A stretch of 64,000 bases of DNA, taken from assembly GCA_963663405.2 (NCBI GenBank), contig CAXXSM010000091.1:16010-80009 (forward strand). Reading direction: 5' to 3'. Of this stretch, positions 33,084 to 43,804 are shown one piece after another. Under the pieces are notes generated by a model. That model saw nothing but the letters and a program-made list of their open reading frames with translations, was not told where the DNA came from and did no database searches. How positions within the stretch are numbered: position 1 is the stretch's first letter; each line of letters begins with the position of its first letter. Both the position numbers and the translations under genes were made by a program. Origin of the DNA: a bacterium (lineage in GTDB: Bacteria; Hinthialibacterota; Hinthialibacteria; Hinthialibacterales; Hinthialibacteraceae).

Positions 33084-33356
33084 ACGATCTCCTCCAAAAA
33101 ATTTCTATACCGTTATGTGCGGATACTCAAGGCTAGTGATAGATCTCAAGAATCTCCACATCGAAGGTTTTTAAAGAATTCCGCAAACCTGTATGGAATT
33201 CCCCGGTTCAAACTATCGGAGTTGAAACAACAAGTTTCAAAAAAGAAATACTATACACCAAGTGGAGAGTGTCAATCGAGACGCTGCAGAGATACGAAGT
33301 CGAAGTGAACTGATGCGTCACTCTATCGAGGAGCCTCACAGTCGAATGGAAATCCA

Positions 33357-35162
33357 TCACTCTATAAAATCACGAAGTTTGCGGCTGCGATTGGGATGGC
33401 GGAGTTTTCGAAGGGCTTTTGTTTCAATCTGGCGGACGCGCTCGCGGGTCACTCCGAAACGATTGCCGACTTCTTCCAAAGTGCGTTGATAGCCGTCTCC
33501 GATACCAAACCGGAGACGCAGAACGGTTTCTTCGCGCTCCGTCAGAGTTTGCAGCACGACTTCCAGCTGGTCGCTCATGATATGATCGGAGGTGGAAGCG
33601 GACGGAGAAAGAATGGTTTTATCTTCGATGAAATCGCCAAAGTGCGTGTCACCATCATCACCGACGGGCGTCTCCAACGAAATGGGCTGCTGCGCGATTT
33701 TAAAGACGGCGCGGATTTTATCCACCGGCATATCGATCAATTTCGCGATTTCATCGGGGGAGGGTTCGCGGCCGTTTTCCTGGACAAGGCGGCGGGAGAC
33801 GCGGGTGATTTTGTTAATCGTTTCAATCATATGAACGGGAATCCGGATGGTGCGAGCCTGGTCGGCGATGGCGCGGGTGACGGCCTGACGAATCCACCAC
33901 GTCGCGTAGGTGCTGAACTTATAGCCCCGCCGGTACTCAAACTTATCCACCGCCCGCATCAAACCGATATTGCCTTCTTGGATCAAATCAAGGAACTGCA
34001 AACCCCGGTTGGTGTAATTTTTAGCGATTGACACCACGAGACGAAGGTTGGCTTTGACGACGTCCATCTTTGAAAGATAAGCCATATTATTCCCTTCATT
34101 AATCTTCTCGACGATGCTAGTGAAATTGGAGGGACTGTCTTTGATTTGTTTGTTCGCCTTCGCTTTTTCTTCTTTCGCGTGCGCCAAAGACTTGCATAAT
34201 TGCACCAATTCACCGCGGGATTTTCCCGTGCGCTTCTCCAATTCACTCCGGCCGAAGCTGGTATGTTTTAATTTCCTGTATAATTCCCAGATTTCATTGA
34301 CGGGCAGTTGGAGCGTTTCCTCGATCCGCTTCGTTTCTTTTTTCGCGTTGATGACTTTTCGATGCAGTTCAATGAGATGATTGGCGATCTTGCCGATTAA
34401 TTCATGATCGAATTTCATCTTAATCAGCATTTCACCAAGCCGGGCTTTCATGCCGTACAACTTAGGAAGGTTCTTTTTATTACTCCGCCGTTCCAAGGCG
34501 GTGATTTTTTCGTAAGCTTTTTCGATTTCCGTAAATTTTCGACGCAGATCCGCAATGATGGTTTGGCGATCGTTATCCGTGAACTGCTCTTTCAAATCAA
34601 AATTCTGAATCACTTCTTCCAGGCGGACATCTCCCCGTTCCAACCGGTCAAGGAGAGTTCTGATTTCTTGATAGGCGGTTTTACTGCGGGCCAACGCCTT
34701 ACAGACCAAAAACCGTCCTGTTTCAATTTTCTTCGATAATTCAATCTCTTGTTCCCGTGTTAAAAGCGGGACACGTCCCATTTCCCGCAAATACAACCGT
34801 ACAGGATCATCCACCCGGACTCGATCTTCTTCGACCGATTCTTCTTCCTCCGGTTCTTCTTCCTCTCCGCTGGCGCTATCCCGGCTGGATTGTTTTTTAG
34901 TTTCTTCCTCCTCGTTCTCTTCTTCCTCTTGTTCTTCGAACCGATTCACGACGGCAATTCCTCGATCGTTCAAGGCGATAAAGATATCATCAATGTCATC
35001 CACGCTGATAGTTTCATCGCTGATCATACGATTGACATCATCGTAGGTTAACCGCCCGTTTCGCTCTTCCAGTTCAATCAGTTTTCGGATCTTTGTGCCA
35101 TTGACACTCAAAGAACCATTATGCGTCTTCTTGACTTGAAAAGCTTTCGCCATGGATTGCAT
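33357..35162 (-). CDS. rpoD: RNA polymerase primary sigma factor
   Basis: Region 1.1; [12 protein letters not shown]; [11 protein letters not shown]; [36 protein letters not shown]; TLEEVG...[19 protein letters not shown]. Confidence 0.98.
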   Translation of the reverse strand: MQSMAKAFQVKKTHNGSLSVNGTKIRKLIELEERNGRLTYDDVNRMISDETISVDDIDDIFIALNDRGIAVVNRFEEQEEEENEEEETKKQSSRDSASGEEEEPEEEESVEEDRVRVDDPVRLYLREMGRVPLLTREQEIELSKKIETGRFLVCKALARSKTAYQEIRTLLDRLERGDVRLEEVIQNFDLKEQFTDNDRQTIIADLRRKFTEIEKAYEKITALERRSNKKNLPKLYGMKARLGEMLIKMKFDHELIGKIANHLIELHRKVINAKKETKRIEETLQLPVNEIWELYRKLKHTSFGRSELEKRTGKSRGELVQLCKSLAHAKEEKAKANKQIKDSPSNFTSIVEKINEGNNMAYLSKMDVVKANLRLVVSIAKNYTNRGLQFLDLIQEGNIGLMRAVDKFEYRRGYKFSTYATWWIRQAVTRAIADQARTIRIPVHMIETINKITRVSRRLVQENGREPSPDEIAKLIDMPVDKIRAVFKIAQQPISLETPVGDDGDTHFGDFIEDKTILSPSASTSDHIMSDQLEVVLQTLTEREETVLRLRFGIGDGYQRTLEEVGNRFGVTRERVRQIETKALRKLRHPNRSRKLRDFIE

Positions 35163-35723
35163 CTCCCTTTAGAGACAATGTGGACACGTGTCAGTCCACA
35201 GAATCCACTTAGACTATTCTGGTCTCAACACCCAACGCATGGCAATTTGTAGCAAATAATCCTCTTCGGAAGGTAACAACGAGGGATCGTCTAACTGACG
35301 TCAGTTCGAACGGGGCGATGAGAGCTCAGCGCCTTTTCCGTTTCTAGTCTCATCCTACGCCTCGGTCCGTTCCACTCTTCATCCCTAACCACGGATTCCT
35401 TATTACCGCATTTCAATAGATACGACCGAAATAAATACAAGAAAAGTATAGACACGTCCTGTCAAGCATACAAGAGTTTTCTTTCGAGGAAAACAAAAGA
35501 AAAAAAATCTCTCATTTTCAGTTTGCAACGCTTTACTTTCTTCCATCTCTCGCTCTCAGATCCGGTGAAAACGATTCTTCTGTTACGGATAAATCGATTT
35601 AAACAATCGCGCTCACAGCGTTCTTCCCTTTCGTCAGAAACGTATTACTATTGTATTTGATTGCTTGTTGGAGAATTAAAAATTGCTGGCTGGATTCATC
35701 CACGTCATAAAAAGGATACGAGA

Positions 35724-35876
35724 ATGAATGAATTGCTTAGCGAATTTATCGCGTTTTTGAAAGAACGAAAAAAATTCTGGCTCATGCCGATCGTCGTCAT
35801 TCTGTTATTGCTCGGAGCTTTAATCGTATTGACGGAGACCTCTGTTATCGCGCCGTTTATTTACACGATTTTTTAA
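35724..35876 (+). CDS. Small membrane protein, DUF5989/SxtK-like
   Basis: MNELLSEFIAFLKERKKFWLMPIVVILLLLGALIVLTETSVIAPFIYTIF matches the RKKxWLxP...APFIYTLF pattern. Confidence 0.88.
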   Translation: MNELLSEFIAFLKERKKFWLMPIVVILLLLGALIVLTETSVIAPFIYTIF

Positions 35877-36059
35877 TCCATCGCGGCGCCTGCGAATCTC
35901 CACGTTCGTCATATCCTCACGATTGAGCGAGCAAAGGGGGGGGGGTCGTTGCGTCTTCGCTTTTTTACGAGATCATCGTACAATGAATTTTTCCTGCCCC
36001 AATCAAGCCGTTATTGATTGATTTGGAAAGAATCTACCTATGTTCTATGGAGGACTGCT

Positions 36060-37325
36060 ATGAGTATGAGTGTTCGAATCCGATTGAGTGTGATGATGTT
36101 TTTGCAATTCATGGTCTGGGGGGCGTGGAATATCACACTGGGCGCATATCTTGGCCATCTCGGTTTCAGCGGCGTAGAGATCGGCGGGATTTTCGGCGCC
36201 TTTTTCCTGGCTTGTTTAATCTCTCCTTTTATTGGCGGACAGCTGGTTGACCGTCTTATGCCGACACAGATTTTTCTCGCGATCGTTCATCTGATCGGAG
36301 GCGTGTTGCTTATCGTATTAGCCGGCATTACTGAATACAGCAGTATGTGGTGGGTGATGTTGATTTATTCCTTGCTGTATGCGCCGACCTTAGGTTTAGT
36401 CAACTCCATTAGTTTTCATCATATTGAAAATACAGAACGGGATTTCGGAACGATTCGCGCGTGGGGCACTCTTGGTTGGATCGTGGCGGGTTTATTCCTG
36501 TCGTTCTGGTGGTCGAAGATCCAGCCCTTCCCAATGAAATGGGATGAAATCACTGACGCCGCAGTGAAGACACAATATCTCAACATTGAGAGCATGCTTT
36601 TCACAATCGCCGGGTACGTATCCCTTCTTTACGGGCTATTCTGTTTCGCGCTCCCGCATACGCCGCCGGCGAAGGAGAGCGCCAGCCCGTGGGCTTTTAT
36701 CGACGCGCTGAAATTATTAAAAGATCCAAACTTCGCCATTTTCATGTTGATCGCGTTCGTCGTTTCCACCGAATTGATGTTCTTTTATATCTTGACACCC
36801 GGTTTTCTTGCTGAGATTGGAATCTCATCAAGTTATGTGCCCGCATTTATCACGATCTTCGCGCAGGGCGCGGAAATGTTGACGCTTCTTCTTTTAATGC
36901 CTTATCTCCTCCCCCGCTTGGGAGTACGAAAAACGCTCGCCGTTGGCGTGCTAGCTTGGCCGATCCGATACGCGGTTTTCAGCCTAGGATATCCCTGGTG
37001 GTTGGTTGTCGCATCATTGACCCTGCATGGAATCTGTTACATCTTCTTCTTCATTGTCGCGCAAATCTATGTGGATAAAGTCGCGCCTAAACACATTCGC
37101 GCGTCCGCGCAAAGTCTTCTGACAATTATTACGTTTGGTTTAGGACTGACTTTGGGGAGCTGGTTCGTCGGTTGGATTCAGGATCTTTTCACGATTGATG
37201 GTGTAATAAACTATCGCAGTTTATTCCTCGTTCCCTGTTTTCTGACCGTCGCCTGCGCATTTGCTTTCCTATTCTTCTTTAAAGAGCCGGAGGCGAAAGC
37301 AGAAGAGGAAACAATTCAGTCATAA
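36060..37325 (+). CDS. MFS nucleoside:H+ symporter family transporter (NupG/XapB-like)
   Basis: RLSVMMFLQFMVWGAW, YAPTLGLVNSISF, IRAWGTLGWI, LHGICYIFFF, IRASAQSL. Confidence 0.9.
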   Translation: MSMSVRIRLSVMMFLQFMVWGAWNITLGAYLGHLGFSGVEIGGIFGAFFLACLISPFIGGQLVDRLMPTQIFLAIVHLIGGVLLIVLAGITEYSSMWWVMLIYSLLYAPTLGLVNSISFHHIENTERDFGTIRAWGTLGWIVAGLFLSFWWSKIQPFPMKWDEITDAAVKTQYLNIESMLFTIAGYVSLLYGLFCFALPHTPPAKESASPWAFIDALKLLKDPNFAIFMLIAFVVSTELMFFYILTPGFLAEIGISSSYVPAFITIFAQGAEMLTLLLLMPYLLPRLGVRKTLAVGVLAWPIRYAVFSLGYPWWLVVASLTLHGICYIFFFIVAQIYVDKVAPKHIRASAQSLLTIITFGLGLTLGSWFVGWIQDLFTIDGVINYRSLFLVPCFLTVACAFAFLFFFKEPEAKAEEETIQS

Positions 37326-37634
37326 ATCGGATTGCCCCTTTCAGCGCTCAACCGATTATCCATATAACCACTCCTTCACATACCTGATAAACTGGTTCTC
37401 CTACTCTATCTACAATACCGTATTCTTATGAATGATTTAACGGTCAAACCAATGTGACATTTGCTACAATCCATCGTATAGACACAAGGATAAAATGAAT
37501 GAAGAAAATCCGGCCTCCGTCAAATAAAATGTCTATCTTGCGATCAGCTAAATAAGGCTATAATACAAGTGAATTCAGGAAGCAGAATTGATCGTGTATA
37601 CGTTGCGCATTCGGGACGGGGAGTATAAACCAGT

Positions 37635-38273
37635 ATGCTGGATACTGAATATACAAACGGCAGGAGCGATAAATTCCGTACATCAATTGTCCCTCTTTGG
37701 ATTCTTTTTTCCTTACTTATGGTGGGATGCGCCCAAAGTATCCTCGAACCGGGAGATTTTTTAAAACCACCCAGTTTTATCGATCCCAGTGAGGAATTTG
37801 GACACGTGCGAACAGGCAACGTAACCGTGCCGGCCAATACGAATATTTTTCTAGCGGACGCGCCCCGCGACACAGTCATTGAATACGCGATGGGTGATCA
37901 ACGAGACACGGCGCTTGAAAACTCTCCAATAAAAGTATTGGAAGGGGTTATCTCCGGCGGGGAAACCTTGGATATCTATGCGAATGGAACTGCCCGTCAT
38001 ATCCCGGTTTCAACCATCCGATTAAATCCCGACGGAGGCGCTAACATCATCAAAGCTGGCCCCCTGTTTGAATACAAAGCGATTCAAGGTTCAATCGGCG
38101 CTTTAGTCGGCATGTTCAGCAATAAACGGCAGCCGTTTCTCATCGGCCGTCATCTTCGAATCCAGGCGCCGCGCGGCGCGCGTTTTCTCTATCTTGCCAT
38201 GTTGGATTATCCAGGCGCGTCATCTAACAATGAAGGAGAATATTTCGTAACGATTGACGTCATCCGGCGTTAG
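37635..38273 (+). CDS. Putative lipoprotein with beta-sandwich (LecA/PA-IL-like) domain
   Basis: Lipobox LMVGC; GALVG...PFLIG...APRGARFLYLAMLD...NNEGEYFVTI. Confidence 0.65.
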   Translation: MLDTEYTNGRSDKFRTSIVPLWILFSLLMVGCAQSILEPGDFLKPPSFIDPSEEFGHVRTGNVTVPANTNIFLADAPRDTVIEYAMGDQRDTALENSPIKVLEGVISGGETLDIYANGTARHIPVSTIRLNPDGGANIIKAGPLFEYKAIQGSIGALVGMFSNKRQPFLIGRHLRIQAPRGARFLYLAMLDYPGASSNNEGEYFVTIDVIRR

Positions 38274-38299
38274 GCGCCCGCGCGTTCTAGGAAGTAATT

Positions 38300-39232
38300 A
38301 TGAAGAAACATGTTATCGTTTGCTTCCTCACGGGCTGGTTCATTCTCCTGACCAACTTTTCTGCGATTTCCACACCAGATCCCCTTCTCCATCCCCTCCG
38401 GCGGATAAAATGTCCATACAAAACCATCGCTTACCGGGATTGGTGGTATTGGAAATATACCATCGATGTGGAAGCGGACAACATGGAATCCGCCATCTCA
38501 CGCTTGATCTCTTTCTTCGAATACTATTTATGGGGATGGGATGAGCGGGATCAGCGATTTTTTGGCATTCCATTGATCTACGAATACGCGCCATTTCCTG
38601 CCGATCAGCTTCCATTCACAGCTCATATCCGCAGCGATTCCCCAAAACTCTCCTTGGAATACCTCTGCAAGAATACAAAAGGCCTGTTCCGGAGTCATCT
38701 GCTCCAAGACCGGGTATTAGTGATCCGAAAAATGACTGATTCCATTCTTCTTGAAACGAAGATTAAACGAATCAAGAGAAGACAAATCTCCATCGCCGAT
38801 GCTGTCAGCCTAGTCGTGCAAAAGGCCAATCAGCAAAACCAACAAACGGTTATCCGTTTCGAGCACCCCGATCGTATCCGAATTCGAGGACGAAAAGGTT
38901 TTGAACAATTCGCGATCTTTCAAACACTTCCCGCGACCATTTTGGATTACAAAATCGATCTCGACACTTCGGGCAATAATCTCATGAACGCACTGACCGA
39001 TATTTTGATCGCGCAGCCCATCCCCTTTTATTTAACTTTGAAACCAGATTATGAGCAGGGAAGGAATACATACCGGCTCAGTTTTGATACGCTGCCCGAT
39101 GTTCCGAGTGATGTTTTTTCCGATATAAATAAGATCAAAAAAGGTCACATCTCGCCCGAAGCCTATCCATACAGTCCAGAATTCATCGTTCCCAGAAGCC
39201 CCCGTGACACTCTGGATATGCTGAAAAAGTGA
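38300..39232 (+). CDS. Secreted hypothetical protein
   Basis: 310-aa ORF with signal-peptide-like N-terminus, directly downstream of the lipoprotein gene. Confidence 0.65.
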   Translation: MKKHVIVCFLTGWFILLTNFSAISTPDPLLHPLRRIKCPYKTIAYRDWWYWKYTIDVEADNMESAISRLISFFEYYLWGWDERDQRFFGIPLIYEYAPFPADQLPFTAHIRSDSPKLSLEYLCKNTKGLFRSHLLQDRVLVIRKMTDSILLETKIKRIKRRQISIADAVSLVVQKANQQNQQTVIRFEHPDRIRIRGRKGFEQFAIFQTLPATILDYKIDLDTSGNNLMNALTDILIAQPIPFYLTLKPDYEQGRNTYRLSFDTLPDVPSDVFSDINKIKKGHISPEAYPYSPEFIVPRSPRDTLDMLKK

Positions 39233-39447
39233 ATTTTATCAGGGCCATTCTTTCACTCTTTCAATCGAATCATTATTGATCTATCCAGTATGTTTTATAA
39301 ATTTATAGGTTAATTTTAATTCTTTCACCTTTATATATGGCTATCTATCTATATTATAGATCTATCACTCTAGGATAAAGGAGGTGAACCGGGGGCTTTC
39401 TCTTGATTTTAAAAAACCAAAATTTAATAAACAAAGGAGAATGATCA

Positions 39448-41131
39448 ATGAGAGTAGTACAAATTACTATAGTATTAGGATTATGCGGAGTATTGGCGGC
39501 CTCGGGTTGGGCGCTTGATGTGGAAGTAAACAAATCCGGTCCCGTTACAACGATTCAAGATGCGGTTGATCAGATCGGCGATCAAGGCGGTGTCATCACA
39601 ATCACCGACAGCGGTATCTATGAAGAGACGGTGTTGATCGGAAGCGACATGGCGAGAACCGGTCAGCCAATCACACTCACATCGACCCAGACAGGTGACG
39701 ATCGTCCTGTGATTTCACCTCTCGCCACATTAGGGCCGTTTGTGGAAGCGCAACGAGCCGACCGATTGGCTGGGGTGGCTCTCTTCATCGATGGCAGCAT
39801 AATCTCAAATGTGATTTTAGAAGCCAACCCAGATGCGCAGGGAGTCGGCGCAAACGGAAGTTGCGCCCTTTTCGTGATGGCGGATAACGTCACGATGGAG
39901 AACGTCCTGGTCCGTCCTCGCGCAGGAACGGCTGGAGAAACCAATTATCCCAACTCCGCTGTTTTCTATGCGCAGGAAGGCGCTGGGGAAACCGCCGAAG
40001 CGGGAGGACGCAATTGCAACGGCTGTGTCGTCCGCAATTGTGATTTTATGGGCGTCGCTACGGATGGAGTGACTGAACCCACCGTTGATGGGATGACCTG
40101 CTTCTTAAATTCGAAAGAAAACGGCCAGTTTGCGACCTTCTTGCGAACCGACCATTTCACCAATAGCGACGATCAACAGGTGACGATTACAGTCGAGAAT
40201 AGTACGTTCCGTTATTCCTACGACGCGGGTCTCTTCTTCTCCAACCGCGCAGGGGGAGCGGGAAGATTGACACTGGATGTGAAAGATTGCTATTTTGACG
40301 CATTCGGTAAATTTCAGATCGGCGTCCGGGGCGTATGGCTGAATGTCGAACGCTCTATTTTCAGCCGAGCCTGCCAGGGCAATCATGGAGATGGTGAAAA
40401 TTCAGCGATCCGCATTCAAGAGCAAAACGGCCGTATCCCCGACGCGAATATCTCCAATTGTCTCTTCGTCAATTGTGGCGGCGCCTATGCGAAAAAAGCG
40501 TATTACGGCGGTGTAAACAATCACAACGCGGGCGTTGTCAACGTGAATCATTGCACATTCGATCTCTGCTGTTCCGGCGTGACGTTGAATAGTCCAAAAC
40601 CGGAAAGCGTTTTGAATGTCAGCAACTGTATCTTTAATCGTATCGGTTACAACGCCTCCCCCGCCATTGATGAAGTGGGCTTGCTTCCGGAAACAACCGA
40701 TCCTTATGTCCTTTGGTATTCCGCCAATTTTGAATCAGGCGGCAACATATCCGCCGTCTTCAACAATTACACAGATTCAGGGAACGGTGAATTGAATGTC
40801 ACCAACTGCATCGTAAACGACATCGCGGAAGAGGACAGCGGTGAATATCTTCCCGGCGATCCTCCTCTTGGTACACGACTTTCGGCGGGCACAGTGAATA
40901 TGACCGACGTGACACGCGCCGATCCCCAATTCGCCAATCTCGATATGAACGGAGATACGCCCTACGAATTGGCTGAAGGCTCCCCCGCCATCGACGCCGG
41001 TGTTGATGGAGAACCAGCCGCTGGCGACCTCGATCTCGATGGTTCCGCCCGCCCTTGCCGGTTCCGCCGTTGATATTGGCGCGCAGGAATACGGTTCAGA
41101 AACCGCTGTACTAGAATGGTCTATCTGGTAA
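39448..41131 (+). CDS. Secreted right-handed beta-helix protein with choice-of-anchor-Q-like end; corrected C-terminus DIGAQEYGSETAVLEWSIW
   Basis: RBS AAGGAG; signal peptide ending GWA-L; TIQDAVD; beta-helix coils (ISNCLF, VNHCTF, VSNCIF); GSPAIDAG...DLDGSAR; an indel near 41050 hides the true end. Confidence 0.82.
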
Positions 41132-41157
41132 GAACATAATCCCTTCTACTGAAATCC

Positions 41158-41190
41158 AACAGGACGTGTGTTACAGCGCGTCCTGTTTTT
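41158..41190 (+). terminator. Intrinsic terminator
   Basis: aacaggacgtg-tgttacag-cgcgtcctgtt followed by a T-run, ~26 nt after the corrected stop at 41131. Confidence 0.75.
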
Positions 41191-41354
41191 CTTTTCATGA
41201 AGAGATCCAATCCATCGACAGAAATCCCCAATAAATCAAATCAATCGAGGTATAATTGTAATTTAAAATATATACAATACCCTTTTATGTAAGCATTGTG
41301 ATTTTTAACTGGTCTTATAGCGTAGTAATCTTTATTAATAGGTTGCCTTCTACA

Positions 41355-42511
41355 ATGAAAACTCTCACGTCTCGATTGAAATATCGCTTCTGGTTTCCAG
41401 TGATTTTATGGACCGGACTGTTCCTTCCAGATTCTTTGTGGCCGTGCAGCGTCCCAGTGTTTCGATATGCGCTGGAACGCTGGCCATCCGATATCTTTGA
41501 ATTAGCGGTCTTCCATGAAAAGCCATTCACTCCGGAAGAAGAAACCATTTTGGATCAACTCAAGCAGTACGCCGTCAATGAGACTACGAAATCCAATTAC
41601 GCGTTGTCTACGATTGATGTGACAAATCCAGAGATCCAAATTCCGCAGACTCTATTGGATGAACGTGGACAAGATCCATACCCATGGGCGGTGGTTCTCA
41701 CTCCCCTCCACTATGGAAGAAACCGGACAATCGCCTGGAAAGGCCCCCTGTCCTCTACAATCGCAACAGAAGTGGTACATTCTCCAATACGGCAGCAAAT
41801 CGCCCGGCGGATTACAGATGGACAAACGGCGGTCTGGGTGTTTCTGGAATGTGGAGATAAAGAAAAGGATGATAAATTCGCTCAAACTTTGCAAATCCAA
41901 CTAGACGCGCTCAATGAGGCTCTCCAAATACCTGAATTGGAGGAAGAAGAGGCATACGATCCGATCAATCAGTTGTATAGCGGCATAGAACTCAAAATCG
42001 AGTTTTCCATGCTGCGCCTCTCCAAAGAGAATCCAGAAGAAACTGTATTCATCAAAATGCTTCTCGAAAGTGAAAGCCGATCTCAAAGAGTACCAATCGG
42101 AGCCAATGACATTCCCAGTGTTCGGACGCGGCCGCTTACTCTATGCGCTGGTTGGAGAAGGAATCAACGCGGATAATATTTCCGAAGCGTGCCAATTCAT
42201 GGCGGGGCCTTGTTCCTGTGTGGTGAAAGACTACAATCCTGGGACCGATCTGTTAATGACGGTTGATTGGGAAGCTTCGCTGGACAACTCCTTTGTCAGT
42301 GAAGAAGAGATCGCCCGCTTTTTCGGCGCCCCAGATGTTGAAGCGAAGACAATGAGTTCATCGGTTTCTTTCACGGGCAAAACGAACGCGGGCGCAAATC
42401 AATCCAATCCGATGTTTGGCAGTCTCATCATCGCAATCGCGATAATCGCAGGCGCCAATATCATCCCTCGCCGCTTTCCTGCTGCGGAAGAAGTTTCAAA
42501 AAAGAATATAA
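41355..42511 (+). CDS. Conserved hypothetical exported protein with C-terminal TM anchor (frameshifted)
   Basis: CSVPVFRYALERWPSD, SPIRQQI, PVFGRGR, GPCSCVVKDYNPGTDLLM; corrected end IILAAFLLRKKFQKRI*. Confidence 0.75.
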
Positions 42512-42606
42512 CATCCCTTCCCAATCTTCTAATCCCAATCGTTGATTTCCTTCCCAAGATAGAATAAAGTGAGTTAAAACTATTCTTATTAGGGAAGGAA
42601 TCGATC

Positions 42607-43788
42607 ATGAAACAGAATCGGCGGGATTTTATAAAAACGGCTCAACACACCGTGTTGGCTTCCGCACTGGTCAGTGTAGGCTCTCATCCAATCCTAGGCG
42701 CGAACGAACGGATTCGCATGGGAGGTATCGGCGTTGGCGACCGGGGAACCGACCGGCTTCGCGCCGCTCAGCGTCTGGGCGCAAAGGTAGTGGCGCTCTG
42801 CGATGTGAATGAATTGATGCTGGACCGGGCTCAGAACAGCTTGGGAGGTGAAGCGGACCGGTATAGCGATCATCGAAAGATCCTTGAACGGAAAGACATT
42901 GACGCCTTTGTGCTGGCCACTCCTGACCACTGGCATCACGACATCTTTCTCGACGCAATGGAAGCCGGGAAAGACGTATACCAGGAAAAACCACTCTCTC
43001 ATACCATCGAAGAAGGCAAGAGCATGGTCGAAGCGGCGCAAAAAACGGACCGGGTGGTTCAAATCGGAAACCACCGCCGCAGTGGGAAACATTGGCATGA
43101 CGCGTATCAACTCATCAAAGAAGGCGTGATCGGTGATGTGAAATGGGTGCGGACCTACGACTGCCGCCATTGGGCCGATGGGGATCCTTACCAAGCACGG
43201 GGACACGATAAAAATTTATATAATCCAGATAAATTGGATTGGGAGCGATTTCAAGGCAACGCGCCTAAACACCCCTATCATTCCGACCGCGCCTCCGCCT
43301 GGCGGTGGTATTGGGATTACGCCGGGGGCCTCTTAACGGATATCGGAGCGCATAATATCGATGTCGCGATGTGGATGACAGACTCAACAACGCCGAAATC
43401 GGTTGTTTCTAATGGCAACGTCTATCATCTCGATTTCTGGGAGACGCCCGATATCTGCCATACAACGATGGATTTCGGACATTGCAGCGTCGATTTTACC
43501 GCGCAATTCGTGAATGGATTTGAAGGATACGGACATACAATTTATGGAACGAAAGGAACCCTCGTTCAAGTTCATCCTACAATCACGGTTTATCTTCACG
43601 AAAAAGGTAAAACGCCGGTAGAAACCTGGGAGATGAATGATGAGGGGATCGATCACATGCGGAATTTCCTCGAATGCGTGAAATCCAGGGAAGAGACCAA
43701 TTCTCCCATCGAGACCGCGCACCAAGTCATTACCGCCTGTCATTGGAGCAATATCGCCTACCGGGAAAACCGCAAGATTCTACTTTGA
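42607..43788 (+). CDS. Tat-exported Gfo/Idh/MocA oxidoreductase
   Basis: NRRDFIK twin-arginine signal; GIGVGDRG; ATPDHWH; YQEKP; WRWYWDYAGGLLTDIGAHNID. Confidence 0.93.
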   Translation: MKQNRRDFIKTAQHTVLASALVSVGSHPILGANERIRMGGIGVGDRGTDRLRAAQRLGAKVVALCDVNELMLDRAQNSLGGEADRYSDHRKILERKDIDAFVLATPDHWHHDIFLDAMEAGKDVYQEKPLSHTIEEGKSMVEAAQKTDRVVQIGNHRRSGKHWHDAYQLIKEGVIGDVKWVRTYDCRHWADGDPYQARGHDKNLYNPDKLDWERFQGNAPKHPYHSDRASAWRWYWDYAGGLLTDIGAHNIDVAMWMTDSTTPKSVVSNGNVYHLDFWETPDICHTTMDFGHCSVDFTAQFVNGFEGYGHTIYGTKGTLVQVHPTITVYLHEKGKTPVETWEMNDEGIDHMRNFLECVKSREETNSPIETAHQVITACHWSNIAYRENRKILL

Positions 43789-43804
43789 TTTGACAAAGAA
43801 ACTT

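Noticed and set aside
33396-34031. 211-aa ORF on the plus strand
   Set aside because: It is the antisense shadow of the conserved rpoD regions 2-4, with no independent motif.
35936-35945. G10 tract upstream of the nucleoside MFS as a phase-variable switch
   Set aside because: It lies outside any coding frame and upstream of the plausible promoter spacer, and homopolymer length is unreliable in this assembly.
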